A DNA stretch of 64,000 nt from Phycisphaerales bacterium. GTDB taxonomy: Bacteria > Planctomycetota > Phycisphaerae > Phycisphaerales > UBA1924. Positions within the stretch are counted from its first letter, which is position 1. Every line of letters starts with the position of its first letter. A model generated the notes under the pieces. That model ran no database searches. It saw only the letters and a program-made list of their open reading frames with translations, and was not told the origin of the DNA. Where the stretch lies: the NCBI GenBank assembly GCA_039794165.1, contig JBDIVY010000001.1:271634-335633 (forward strand). Reading direction: 5' to 3'. The position numbers and the translations under genes are program-made. Below, one piece after another: positions 24,906-33,272 of this stretch.

Positions 24906-25484
24906 ATGGCCAGATCGTTCCCCAAGCCACGGGCCTTCACACTCATCGAGTTGTCCATCGTCATCGTCGTCGTCGGCGTCGTCGCGGCCGTCTCAGTCCC
25001 CAAGTACGCCGAATCACGCTCTCGCTATCAGGTCGAACTCGCCGCCAGGAAGGTCTGCCTCGACGCCACGTTCGTCCAGAACGACGCCCGCTACGGCAGT
25101 ACGAGCCGCGCCATCGAGTACGACCTGCCCACCGACACCTACAAGTTCGGCTACGCAAAGCCCGGTTCCGCGTCCTCCGAGACCGCGCTCGTCATTCTCC
25201 GCGACGAGCCGTTCCGAGTCACCCTCCTCAAAGCCGACTTCGACTCCGACTCCGTCCTCACGTTCAATGGCTTCGGGATTCCCGTCGCGGGCGGCGAACT
25301 CGCGATCGGCGCGAACACTCGCGGCAAGTCGATCGCCGTCGCCCCCGACACGGGCGCGGTAACGACCGCCACCATGGACGCCGAGACCGTCAAGTCCCTC
25401 ACCGAAGCCAGCGGTCCCACGAAGGTCACGCTCACCGACGGCGACGGAAAGCCCAAGGCTCCCGCTCTGGTCGTCCCCAACTAG
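24906..25484 (+). CDS. Minor pseudopilin (prepilin-type N-terminal domain, GspH/FimT-like position)
   Basis: PRAFTLIELSIVIVVVGVVAAVSVP. Confidence 0.75.
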   Translation: MARSFPKPRAFTLIELSIVIVVVGVVAAVSVPKYAESRSRYQVELAARKVCLDATFVQNDARYGSTSRAIEYDLPTDTYKFGYAKPGSASSETALVILRDEPFRVTLLKADFDSDSVLTFNGFGIPVAGGELAIGANTRGKSIAVAPDTGAVTTATMDAETVKSLTEASGPTKVTLTDGDGKPKAPALVVPN

Positions 25485-25490
25485 CACGCG

Positions 25491-26549
25491 ATGCGATACT
25501 CTGCTCCCAGCCCCGCCCGCGCCTACTCGCTCATCGAACTCACGGTGAGCCTCGCCATCGTCTCCATCCTCGTCACCGCCATCGGCTCGCTCATCATCCT
25601 CGCCTCCAAGGCCATCCCGCGCGACGACGGCGTCTTCGCCGCGTCCCTCGGCGGCGCCATCCTCACCGAGGAACTCATCGACGACGCCGCATTCGCCCTC
25701 GCCTTCGACGAGCTCTCGCAGACCGCGATCGAGTTCACCCTCCCTGATCGCACCGGAGACGGCAACGAGGAGCTCGTGCGCTACACCTGGTCCGGCACGT
25801 CCGGCCACCCCCTCACGCGCTCCATCAACGGCTCGTCGCCCATCGTCGTGCTGCCCGACGTGCGATCCCTCGAGTTCTCCGCAACCACACGGTCCGGGAG
25901 CGTGTTCCTCGGCAACGACCAGACAGCATCCTCCCAGGACATTCAGGAGTACGACGCGGCCCTCCCCCTGACACAGCAGGTCACAAACTCAAACTGGTTC
26001 GCGTTCTACTGCCCACCGCCGCAGGCATCCGGCGCCACCGGATGGCGCATCACCCAGGTGCGGGTCAAACTCCTCCGCTCAGGCTCCGGCGGCGGCACTG
26101 GCGAGGTCCAACTCCGCAAGCCCAAGGCCGACGGCAAGCCCGGCACCACGGTCTATGCCTCCGCGACCTTCAATGAGGACGACCTCGCCCTGACCGCAAC
26201 ATGGCGGACGTTCAACCTCGACTCCGGCGTCGTCCCCGCGGGCCAGGGCATCTGCATCGTCATCCGAGGCACCAACGGATCGAACGCCTCGGGCGTCGGC
26301 TACTTCTCTTCACTGGGCGTCCCCACCGGAACCGTCGGCATGGCCTCCACCAACTCCGGCAATACCTGGACCACCTACGGAAACACCTGCGCCATCCACG
26401 ACGTCGACGGCATCGTCTACCTCACCGACGAAGGGCTTGCCGCACGCGATTACGTGGACGCGCTCACGGTCCGCCTCCGCGCCGGCGCGGCCCAGACCGC
26501 CATCGAAAAGACCATCAGACCGCTTAACCGCCCGGAGATCCTCGATTGA
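25491..26549 (+). CDS. Large minor pseudopilin (352 aa) with a prepilin-type N-terminal domain
   Basis: ARAYSLIELTVSLAIVSILVTAIGSL. The C-terminal ~200 aa are unassigned. Confidence 0.7.
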   Translation: MRYSAPSPARAYSLIELTVSLAIVSILVTAIGSLIILASKAIPRDDGVFAASLGGAILTEELIDDAAFALAFDELSQTAIEFTLPDRTGDGNEELVRYTWSGTSGHPLTRSINGSSPIVVLPDVRSLEFSATTRSGSVFLGNDQTASSQDIQEYDAALPLTQQVTNSNWFAFYCPPPQASGATGWRITQVRVKLLRSGSGGGTGEVQLRKPKADGKPGTTVYASATFNEDDLALTATWRTFNLDSGVVPAGQGICIVIRGTNGSNASGVGYFSSLGVPTGTVGMASTNSGNTWTTYGNTCAIHDVDGIVYLTDEGLAARDYVDALTVRLRAGAAQTAIEKTIRPLNRPEILD

Positions 26550-27082
26550 GCCGGCGGACGCCCTCCACCAACCCCGCTCGCACGCAGGCACGAGGCTTCA
26601 GCCTCGTCGAGGTCGTCGTCGCCATCCTCGTCCTCTCCGCCCTCCTCGCCGCATCCTTGAACACCGTCGCCGCCTCCGCCTCCATGCAACGACACGCCGC
26701 CGACCGTGCCCGCGCCCGTGTCCTCGCGCTCGACCTCCTCAACGAGGCACGCAGACACCCCTACGACGATCCGATCGCCGGCAGCGGAACCGGACCGGGC
26801 CCCGGAGAGATCAACGGCACACGCTCGCTCTTCAACGACGTCGACGACTTCAACGGCTGGTCCGCCTCGCCCCCGCAACGCACCGACGGCTCCGTCATCC
26901 CCGGCTTCGACGGCTGGACCCGCGCCTGCACTGTCGAATACGTCAGCCTCGCCGACCCGACCACCGTCGTCGGCGCCGACTCGGGCGTCAAGCGGATCAC
27001 CGTCACCGTCCGCCGCGGCACGCAGCCCATGGCGACCGCAACAGGCCTGCGCACCCGCGCTCTCGACAAGCACCTCGACTGA
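26546..27082 (+). CDS. Minor pseudopilin with a prepilin-type N-terminal domain
   Basis: ARGFSLVEVVVAILVLSALLAASL. TTG start overlaps the preceding stop (TTGA). Confidence 0.7.
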   Translation: MSRRTPSTNPARTQARGFSLVEVVVAILVLSALLAASLNTVAASASMQRHAADRARARVLALDLLNEARRHPYDDPIAGSGTGPGPGEINGTRSLFNDVDDFNGWSASPPQRTDGSVIPGFDGWTRACTVEYVSLADPTTVVGADSGVKRITVTVRRGTQPMATATGLRTRALDKHLD

Positions 27083-27094
27083 CGGAGCAACGCG

Positions 27095-28237
27095 ATGCGC
27101 CGCACGCCCACATCACGCCGACGAGGCAGCATCTACCTGCTCGTCCTCGTCACCGTCACCACCGTCACCGTCCTCGGCCTCGCGAGCCTGAGCGTCGTCT
27201 CCTCCCAGCGCCTCGAGTCCGAGAGCGTCGGCGCCGTCATGGACGCCCGCGCCGCCGCCGAGAGCGGGATCGACCTCGCCCTCGCGATCATGAACGACAA
27301 ACCCGACTGGCGATGGTCCATGCCCAACGGGGACTGGCGGGTCGACGCCCCGCTCGGCGCGGCCGCCTACACCATCAACGTCGTCGATCCCGACGATGGC
27401 GACCTCGCCAACGACCCCTGCCATCCCGTCCTCATCACCGCTTACGGCAACGCGGCGCGGGCCAGATCGATCATGACCGTCCAACTCGCGGCGGAGGGAC
27501 CGTTCGACGGCGCGTTCGCGGGCATCATCAGTTCGCTCGCTCCCGTCTCGTACTGGCGCCTCAACGACGCCTCCGGCACGACGATGATCGACACCGCCGG
27601 CGAACGCAACGGAACCTATCGCAACGGCGTTACACTCGCGCAGCGCACCGGACTCGGCTGCTCTACCGTCGCCTGGTTCGACGGCGTCAACGACTACGCC
27701 GAAGTGAGCCACAGAAGCAAGTACGAACTCGCGCAAGGCTCCATCGCCGTCTGGTTCAGGCCCGAGCAGGTCACGTCGAAGGCGACCATTCTGTCAAAGG
27801 CCGCCGTCGGCTTCGGCAACGGAGGCTACTTCGACATCTATGTCCAGAACGACCGCGTTCGGGCAGCACAGGCGAGCAACTCCGCATGGTACGCGCTCCA
27901 GACCCCGACCATCGAGGCAAACCAGTGGCATCACATCGTCATCACCTTCGGCGCCTCCGGGAGAGTCCTGTACCTCAACGGCGTTGAAGTGGCAGTCGGC
28001 ACGTTCACGGGCGACATCAGCCAGAACAAGGAGCCGCTCGCCATCGGCGTTTCCACAATCATGTCGTCGTCAGGCTCCGTTACGCCCACAAGCGCGCCTT
28101 TCAGAGGCTCAATCGCAGAGGTCGTCATCTTCCCCGCGGTACTCGACGCGAGCCAGGTCGCGGATCTCTTCTCGGCCTACCCCCCGCCCCTCAGGATGCG
28201 AGTCGTCTCCACCAGTTGGGAACGCACCGCGGACTGA
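27095..28237 (+). CDS. GspK/PilX-like minor pseudopilin fused to a LamG/concanavalin-A-like lectin domain
   Basis: N-terminus RRRGSIYLLVLVTVTTVTVLGLASL (GspK-type, no Glu+5). The C-terminal ~230 aa carry LamG-like patterns (WFDGVNDYAEV...GSIAVWFRP...WHHIVITFGASGRVLYLNGVEV...FRGSIAEVVIF). Confidence 0.65.
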   Translation: MRRTPTSRRRGSIYLLVLVTVTTVTVLGLASLSVVSSQRLESESVGAVMDARAAAESGIDLALAIMNDKPDWRWSMPNGDWRVDAPLGAAAYTINVVDPDDGDLANDPCHPVLITAYGNAARARSIMTVQLAAEGPFDGAFAGIISSLAPVSYWRLNDASGTTMIDTAGERNGTYRNGVTLAQRTGLGCSTVAWFDGVNDYAEVSHRSKYELAQGSIAVWFRPEQVTSKATILSKAAVGFGNGGYFDIYVQNDRVRAAQASNSAWYALQTPTIEANQWHHIVITFGASGRVLYLNGVEVAVGTFTGDISQNKEPLAIGVSTIMSSSGSVTPTSAPFRGSIAEVVIFPAVLDASQVADLFSAYPPPLRMRVVSTSWERTAD

Positions 28238-28267
28238 ACAACCCGCTCCCCACCCGCCAATACCCTC

Positions 28268-28307
28268 GCTCTGCTGCTCTGCTGCTCTGCTGCTCTGCCG
28301 CTCAGCC
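28268..28307. repeat. Octanucleotide tandem repeat (GCTCTGCT), 3 perfect plus 2 degenerate copies
   Basis: Read directly: gctctgct gctctgct gctctgct gctctgcc gctcagcc. It lies in the convergent gap between the last pseudopilin gene and xerC, and the last copy contains the xerC stop codon. Confidence 0.85.
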
Positions 28308-29321
28308 CGCCTCCGCCCGCGGGTGCGCCTGGTCGTACGCCTCCCGCAGCCTCTGCGTCGTCAGGTGCGTGTACACCTGCGTCGTGCTCAGCGACTGGTG
28401 GCCCAGCAGTTCCTGCACGCTCCGAAGGTCCGCCCCGTTGTCCAGCAGGTGCGTCGCGAAACTGTGCCGCAGCGTGTGCGGGCTGATCGACGGGTCAAGC
28501 CCCACGCCCCGCAGGTACTTGTCCAGCTTCCGGCGCACCGACCGGCTGCTCAGCCGCTTCCCGTGCTTGTTCAGGAAGAGCGGGCTGCTCCGCCCCGTCG
28601 CCCACGCCGACGCGAACCGCGCATCGTTCTTCGCCATGTCAAGGTACCGTCGCACCGCCTCCAGCGCGTGCGACCCCAGCGGCACGATCCGCTCCTTCTT
28701 CCCCTTCCCCTGCACGCGCAGCGCCTCGCCCGTCATGTCCAGGTCGCCGATCGTCAGCCCCACCAGTTCGCTCACCCGGATGCCCGTCGAGTAGAGCGTC
28801 TCCAGCATCGCCCGGTCCCGCCGCCCCAGCACGTCGTTCTCATCCGGCGCAGCCAGCAGACGCTCCACCTGGTCCACCGTGATCGCCTTCGGCAGCCGCT
28901 TGCCCTGCCGCGGTGTGCGGATCAGCGTCATCGGGTTCCCCGACGCCAGCCCGCGCCGGTCCGCCCACTTGTAGAACGACCGCAGCGTCGCGATCTTCCG
29001 CGCCATCGTCGCGGCCGAGTAGTCGTGCTCGCCCAGGTGCGCCAGGAACCCCCGGATCAGGTCCGCGTCCGCCGTACAGATCGTCTCGGTCAGCGTCGCC
29101 GGTGCGATCGTCCCGGCGACCGCCTTCGCCTCGCTCCCCGACGCCCGTCGCTCGTACGCCGCTCTCTCCGCGGCCTCGTTCGGCTTCGCGCCCGACTCCT
29201 CCGTCAGATACTCCACGAACTGCCGCAGGTCCGCCCCGTAGCACCGTGCCGTGTACGGGCTGAAATGCCGCTCGTCCGTCAGGTACGACGAGAACGCCTC
29301 AACGATCGCCAGCGTGAACAT
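28302..29321 (-). CDS. xerC: Tyrosine site-specific recombinase, XerC/XerD family
   Basis: ERHFSPYTARCYGADLRQFVEYL is core-binding-domain-like. Catalytic region GIRVSELVGL...HTLRHSFATHLLDNGADLRSVQELLGHQSLSTTQVYTHL. AGGAG Shine-Dalgarno 10 nt before ATG 29321. Confidence 0.88.
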   Translation of the reverse strand: MFTLAIVEAFSSYLTDERHFSPYTARCYGADLRQFVEYLTEESGAKPNEAAERAAYERRASGSEAKAVAGTIAPATLTETICTADADLIRGFLAHLGEHDYSAATMARKIATLRSFYKWADRRGLASGNPMTLIRTPRQGKRLPKAITVDQVERLLAAPDENDVLGRRDRAMLETLYSTGIRVSELVGLTIGDLDMTGEALRVQGKGKKERIVPLGSHALEAVRRYLDMAKNDARFASAWATGRSSPLFLNKHGKRLSSRSVRRKLDKYLRGVGLDPSISPHTLRHSFATHLLDNGADLRSVQELLGHQSLSTTQVYTHLTTQRLREAYDQAHPRAEAG

Positions 29322-29365
29322 CACACACACTCCTGATTCGGCCGGACGCGCAGCGTCCACTCCGC

Positions 29366-29397
29366 CACTTCGTCACTTCGTCACTTCGTCACTTCCC
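29366..29397. repeat. Octanucleotide tandem repeat (CACTTCGT), 3 perfect plus 1 degenerate copy
   Basis: Read directly: cacttcgt cacttcgt cacttcgt cacttccc. It lies 45-76 nt upstream of the xerC ATG and overlaps the stop of the small upstream ORF. On the minus strand it reads (ACGAAGTG)n, so the recurring TGA triplets (every 8 nt) fall in all three frames. Confidence 0.85.
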
Positions 29398-29626
29398 CAC
29401 CCGCCATCGCCGCCGCGATCTGGCGCGCCACGAGCGCGCCCTCGCCCACCGTCAGCTGCCCCGCGGTCAACTTCGCCACCGCGCGCATCAGCGTCGCCTC
29501 GTCCCCCCGTCGGCACGAGAACCGCCAGGTGTGCCGCCCTTTCCACAGCGTGACGACGACCTCGCCGCCCGAACCGAGCCGCGCCGCCGCGTGCGCCCGC
29601 CGTGTGTCGCGTGTTCCGGCGTCCAT
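29381..29626 (-). CDS. Small hypothetical protein (81 aa)
   Basis: Uninterrupted ORF with GC-rich third positions. No recognisable motif. Confidence 0.4.
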   Translation of the reverse strand: MDAGTRDTRRAHAAARLGSGGEVVVTLWKGRHTWRFSCRRGDEATLMRAVAKLTAGQLTVGEGALVARQIAAAMAGGEVTK

Positions 29627-29672
29627 GCCGTCGCTCCCGTCTGGCCGGCCCCGCCGGCTCTCGGGCCGACGG

Positions 29673-30488
29673 CTACCGGGCGTCTGTCAGTCGTCCTTGC
29701 CCGCCGACCCGCGCCGCTTCACGCTCCAGCAGCCGGCGGACGACAAACTGCGCCCCGAACTCCGTGTACAACTCCATGCTCGCGGTGTACCGCCGCCATC
29801 CCAGCGCCCCCTCCGGGTCGTGCCGTCCCTGCGAGTACGACCGCAACGCCATCAGCACGTCGTGGCTCTTCGCGTCCAGGTGCGCGCTCACCACCGAGGC
29901 CGGCGTCGTCGCCCACGTGCTCGCGCTCGTTCCTCCCGTCCCGTCCGTCGCCAGCCGCCGCGGATCGACCCGGCCCGCTGTCCCCGCAAGCCGCCCGCTC
30001 CGCGCCAGCAGCGCCAGCGCCATGCCGTAGGTGGGGGGGTCGTACGGGTCGTACGCCGTGATCGAGCCGACCAGCAGCCCATCAACGCCCATCGCCGAAG
30101 CGAGCGCCTCCGCGTCCTCCGGCGTGCGAATCTCGTCGATCCCGAGTGCCGTCATCGCTTCGAGCGTCCGGTTCACGGGCAGGCACGTGATGCCGAGCAC
30201 CTGCTGCGCCGCCGCGACGACCTTGTCCGTCAGCGCCAGCGTGTCCGGCACGCTCGTCCCCGACTCGTTCCGCAGCGGTGCGACCGCCCACGTCACCTCG
30301 CCGACCGTCGCCGCATAAGGCGACACCAGCACGTGCGGCCGGATCAGCGTGGACTCACGCCGCCCCGACCCGCCGCACCCCGCCGGCGCACAAACGACCG
30401 CCGCCAGCGCAGCCGCGCACGTCGCCACGCGCAAACCCCGCCCGATCCGGGCGTTCATTGCCGAGAGCATGGTCTGTACACTTGTCAT
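29673..30488 (-). CDS. Putative lipoprotein (LpoB/DUF799-like pattern) downstream of the TolB-like gene
   Basis: Lipobox AAVVCAPAGC. VAPLRNESGTS...GVDGLLVGSITAYDPYDPP resembles small periplasmic lipoprotein folds. ATG 30488 is preceded by AGGA. Confidence 0.6.
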   Translation of the reverse strand: MTSVQTMLSAMNARIGRGLRVATCAAALAAVVCAPAGCGGSGRRESTLIRPHVLVSPYAATVGEVTWAVAPLRNESGTSVPDTLALTDKVVAAAQQVLGITCLPVNRTLEAMTALGIDEIRTPEDAEALASAMGVDGLLVGSITAYDPYDPPTYGMALALLARSGRLAGTAGRVDPRRLATDGTGGTSASTWATTPASVVSAHLDAKSHDVLMALRSYSQGRHDPEGALGWRRYTASMELYTEFGAQFVVRRLLEREAARVGGQGRLTDAR

Positions 30489-30574
30489 GGCGTCCTGCCG
30501 CTCCGCTCGGGGTTCCACCCCTTGCACTCGCAACCTTCGGGCCAGCCGACGCCGGCCCGCGATCCACACAGACG

Positions 30575-31684
30575 TCAGTCGCCGGACCCGACCTGGGCGA
30601 TCGGCGCGCCGCTCTCGGCCGCCGACGCCAGCACGCGCCCAGCGTCAACGCTCCAGATGCTCTCCGTGCCCGTCCGATTGGACACGAAGTACACGCGCCC
30701 GTCGCTCGCCCAGACCGGCAGGTGATCGCGCCACGTCCCACCCGTCAGCGCGACACGCCACGAACCCTCGACGTTCGTCATCCACAACTGCCCGGACTCC
30801 GCCGTCCCGTCCGTCGGCACGACCGAATACACGACGTGCCGGCCGTCCGGGCTCCAGGACGGGTTGATGCACGCCGCCTCCGGCAGCGAGACCAGATGCA
30901 TCGGCGACCCCGCCTCCCCACCCGCGAAGTCCATCATCCACACGCCATACGCGCCCTCGTCCCGTTCACGCGGCCGCTGGTACACGATCCGGTCCGCGCC
31001 ATCCGTCCCCGTTCCGGGAGCCGGGCACCACCGTGGCAGCAGCCCCTCGCCGATGTACCGCGACACCGAAGGGTTGTCCGCGTCCACCACCCACAACTCC
31101 CACCGCCCGGACGAACGCCCCTGGCGGCAGAACACGATCCTCGTCCCGTCCGGGCTCCACGACGGATGCAGGTCCGGCGATGAATCCCGCGTCAACTGCA
31201 CCGGCCGCCCGCCTGTCACCGGCATCACGTACAGATCCCACGACCCGTTCCGGTCGCTCACGAACGCCACGCGCTTCCCGTCCGGGCTGATCGCCGGCAT
31301 CACCTCGCTCGACGATTCGTCCGTCAACTGCGTCAGCACGCTCCCGCCCACGCGCTTCAGGAACAGGTCCGGCGTCTCGCGGTGCCGAGTGCTCGCGAAC
31401 ACCACGAACCGGCCGTCCGGCGACACGCTCGGGTCGAAATCCGCTCCGACCTGCCCGTCCGTGAACGGCGACGCGTTCGCGCCCAGCGAGCCGCCCCCCT
31501 GCGAAGGCCCGCCCCGCGCGATCAACCCCGGAATCGGCTCGCTCGCGCTTGGCGCCGTTGTCCGTTCCGCCGGCGCGCCCGCCGTCGAAGACCGCTGCCC
31601 GAACCCGCCGACGCTGCACCCGGCCGCCGCGACCAATGTCGCCACCGAACCCGCCGCAAGTCTCGTCGCCGTTCTGCGATCCAT
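30575..31684 (-). CDS. TolB-like periplasmic beta-propeller lipoprotein (PD40/WD40-like repeats)
   Basis: Lipobox LVAAAGC. Repeated S(P/W)DG..(V/I)(V/A)F motifs (SPDGRFVVFAS, SPDGKRVAFVSDRNGSWDLY, SPDGTRIVF, SPDGRHVVYS, ASDGRVYFVSNR). GGAGG Shine-Dalgarno. Confidence 0.8.
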   Translation of the reverse strand: MDRRTATRLAAGSVATLVAAAGCSVGGFGQRSSTAGAPAERTTAPSASEPIPGLIARGGPSQGGGSLGANASPFTDGQVGADFDPSVSPDGRFVVFASTRHRETPDLFLKRVGGSVLTQLTDESSSEVMPAISPDGKRVAFVSDRNGSWDLYVMPVTGGRPVQLTRDSSPDLHPSWSPDGTRIVFCRQGRSSGRWELWVVDADNPSVSRYIGEGLLPRWCPAPGTGTDGADRIVYQRPRERDEGAYGVWMMDFAGGEAGSPMHLVSLPEAACINPSWSPDGRHVVYSVVPTDGTAESGQLWMTNVEGSWRVALTGGTWRDHLPVWASDGRVYFVSNRTGTESIWSVDAGRVLASAAESGAPIAQVGSGD

Positions 31685-32018
31685 GCCGGAGCCTCCGTGC
31701 CGCTCAGGGCGAACCAGCCGGGCCGATCGGCGCACCCTCCAGCGCCGCCGACCCTCACCGCCGCGGCAAGGCCGGCTCCACTGGCCCCACGCACCCGCGG
31801 CACGCCCCTCGGAGGGGCCTTATCGGACGCGCCCGCCCCGGCCCTTGAGCCGAGAAGGATCCGTCCACCCTTGCCGATCGGCCCGCGGAAGCCCCAACAT
31901 GAGTCCAGTAATCCAAAGTCCGCAGAATCACGCGCTCGTTGCCAGCCCCTTCAGAGCACGAAGCGCAAGCGAGTGCCCGCCCCGGCCGTTCCCGGTCTCC
32001 CGGCGTGCAACCCCGTGC

Positions 32019-32052
32019 CACCACCGTCGGCGGCCTTGAGCCGACGGTGGTG
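32019..32052 (-). terminator. 13-bp perfect inverted repeat immediately after the stop of the 111-aa ORF
   Basis: caccaccgtcggc - ggccttga - gccgacggtggtg. It starts 4 nt beyond the TGA (complement of 32056-32058). No U-tract. Confidence 0.45.
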
Positions 32053-32055
32053 CCT

Positions 32056-32391
32056 TCACCACTCCGCCTCCCTCCCCACGATCGCCGGCGTCTCCCCGCG
32101 ACGGACCCACCGGGCCTCCGGTCCCCGCGGCTCGCGGCTCGCCAGCAGCCGCTCGAGATAGTCCGACAGCCGCGCGTCCGTGAACCCCTCAAGGAAATCA
32201 CGCGAGCGACCGCCGGTCACTTCCAGAATCCGCGCCATCAGTTGCTCTCGGTTCAGCGACGACGAGCCGCCGACGTCGTGGAGCGGCTGCCGTTCCTCGC
32301 TCGGCTGCGCCGCAAGACGCGCTCTGCGCTCGCGCTCCTCGCGCGCCCGCATCGTGCCGCACGCCACGCCTTCAAACAGGTGCTCTGCCAT
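32056..32391 (-). CDS. Small hypothetical protein (111 aa)
   Basis: MAEHLFEGVACG...LNREQLMARILEVTGGRSRDFLEGFTDARLSDYLERLL. GC3-rich. Only the 3' third of track ORF 32056..33180 is considered real. Confidence 0.5.
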   Translation of the reverse strand: MAEHLFEGVACGTMRAREERERRARLAAQPSEERQPLHDVGGSSSLNREQLMARILEVTGGRSRDFLEGFTDARLSDYLERLLASREPRGPEARWVRRGETPAIVGREAEW

Positions 32392-32572
32392 GCCCAGGTT
32401 CCCTCGCGACGCATCGGGCCTCCCGCCCACGCACCGCTCGAAGCCCCCGGCCTCCGGCCGAGCCTCATGCTCCGCGCACCCCGCGCGAAGCCAACCACTA
32501 TCGGCGGCCGCCTCCGCTCGCGGCCAGAACCGCGCTCGCCGCGCACCCATTGCGCGAACCCTACCCTCCCGC

Positions 32573-33247
32573 GTGATCGATCCCGACCGCCTCATCCTCT
32601 GGCATCGCACGCCCGAAGGCGCGGACCTGCTCCACGCATCCGGCGACGCCGCCTCACCCTTCGCAGTCTTCACCGACGCCAACCCGCTCACCGACGATCC
32701 CCGCGTGCTCGCTGCGGAGTATGCCGGCGCGCCGCGCCTGCTCATCCCAACCGGCCATGCCCCGGCCGCCGACCCGGCCGAGGCCGCTGTGCGAACCTGG
32801 AGCCGCCAGTCCTGGGCCACCCTCTCCCGCTTCTGCGCCGAGGTCACCAAGTCCGGCCGGCGCCTCTGCCTGCTGCCCGCCGCCCGCGATGTTCTCTCGG
32901 ATGCCCCTCGCACCGCCGCCTTCATGGCCGAGCATCCCGGCCTCGGGTTCGTGCTCCAACCAACCGCGCTGCTCACGCCCGCGATGCTCGACCACGCCGA
33001 CGACCACCTCGCCCGCATCGCCGACTCGCTCGGCCGGCACCACGCGTGCGCGGCGCTGTTCGTCGCGGATGCGAAGGTCTCCGCCGGGTCGCTCGTGCGG
33101 TGCCCCGTCGGCCGCGGCGCGATCGGCGCGCGGCGGCTCGCCGAGTTCATCGCGGCCTGCCGCGCCGACCTGCCCGTCATCCTCCTCGCCGATGCCGCCG
33201 AGGAGCAGCGTGCCGCCCTTGCCGACGCCGTGCGGACGACGCCCTAG
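32573..33247 (+). CDS. Hypothetical protein (224 aa)
   Basis: GTG start within track ORF 32180..33247. GC3-rich, ordinary amino-acid composition from VIDPDRLILWHRTPEG onward. No motif recognised. Confidence 0.5.
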   Translation: MIDPDRLILWHRTPEGADLLHASGDAASPFAVFTDANPLTDDPRVLAAEYAGAPRLLIPTGHAPAADPAEAAVRTWSRQSWATLSRFCAEVTKSGRRLCLLPAARDVLSDAPRTAAFMAEHPGLGFVLQPTALLTPAMLDHADDHLARIADSLGRHHACAALFVADAKVSAGSLVRCPVGRGAIGARRLAEFIAACRADLPVILLADAAEEQRAALADAVRTTP

Positions 33248-33272
33248 ACTTACGCCCGACGCGGAGCCGACC

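Noticed and set aside
28268-29397. xerC with its flanking repeats as an integrated mobile element or integron-like cassette. I also considered whether the 8-bp and 12-bp tandem arrays are CRISPR-like.
   Set aside because: There are no phage, transposase or cargo genes. The flanking arrays differ from each other, so they are not att-like direct repeats. They are contiguous tandem units without spacers. The recombinase has XerC/D-type rather than phage-integrase-type motifs.
31700-31950. Short matches to RNase P RNA conserved segments (ggccttatcgg resembling GGCUUAUCGG; ccaaagtccgc resembling GGAAAGUCCGG) in and near the tolB-upstream gap.
   Set aside because: The two matches are in the wrong 5'-3' order for RNase P RNA. 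A full-length RNA would have to overlap the TolB-like CDS. No other conserved RNase P helices were recognisable.
32392-33180. The upstream two-thirds of minus-strand ORF 32056..33180 (374 aa).
   Set aside because: Its composition is Arg/Ala/Ser-rich and motif-free, and it overlaps the better-looking plus-strand ORF 32573..33247. Only the last 111 codons, from MAEHLFEG, look like a real protein.
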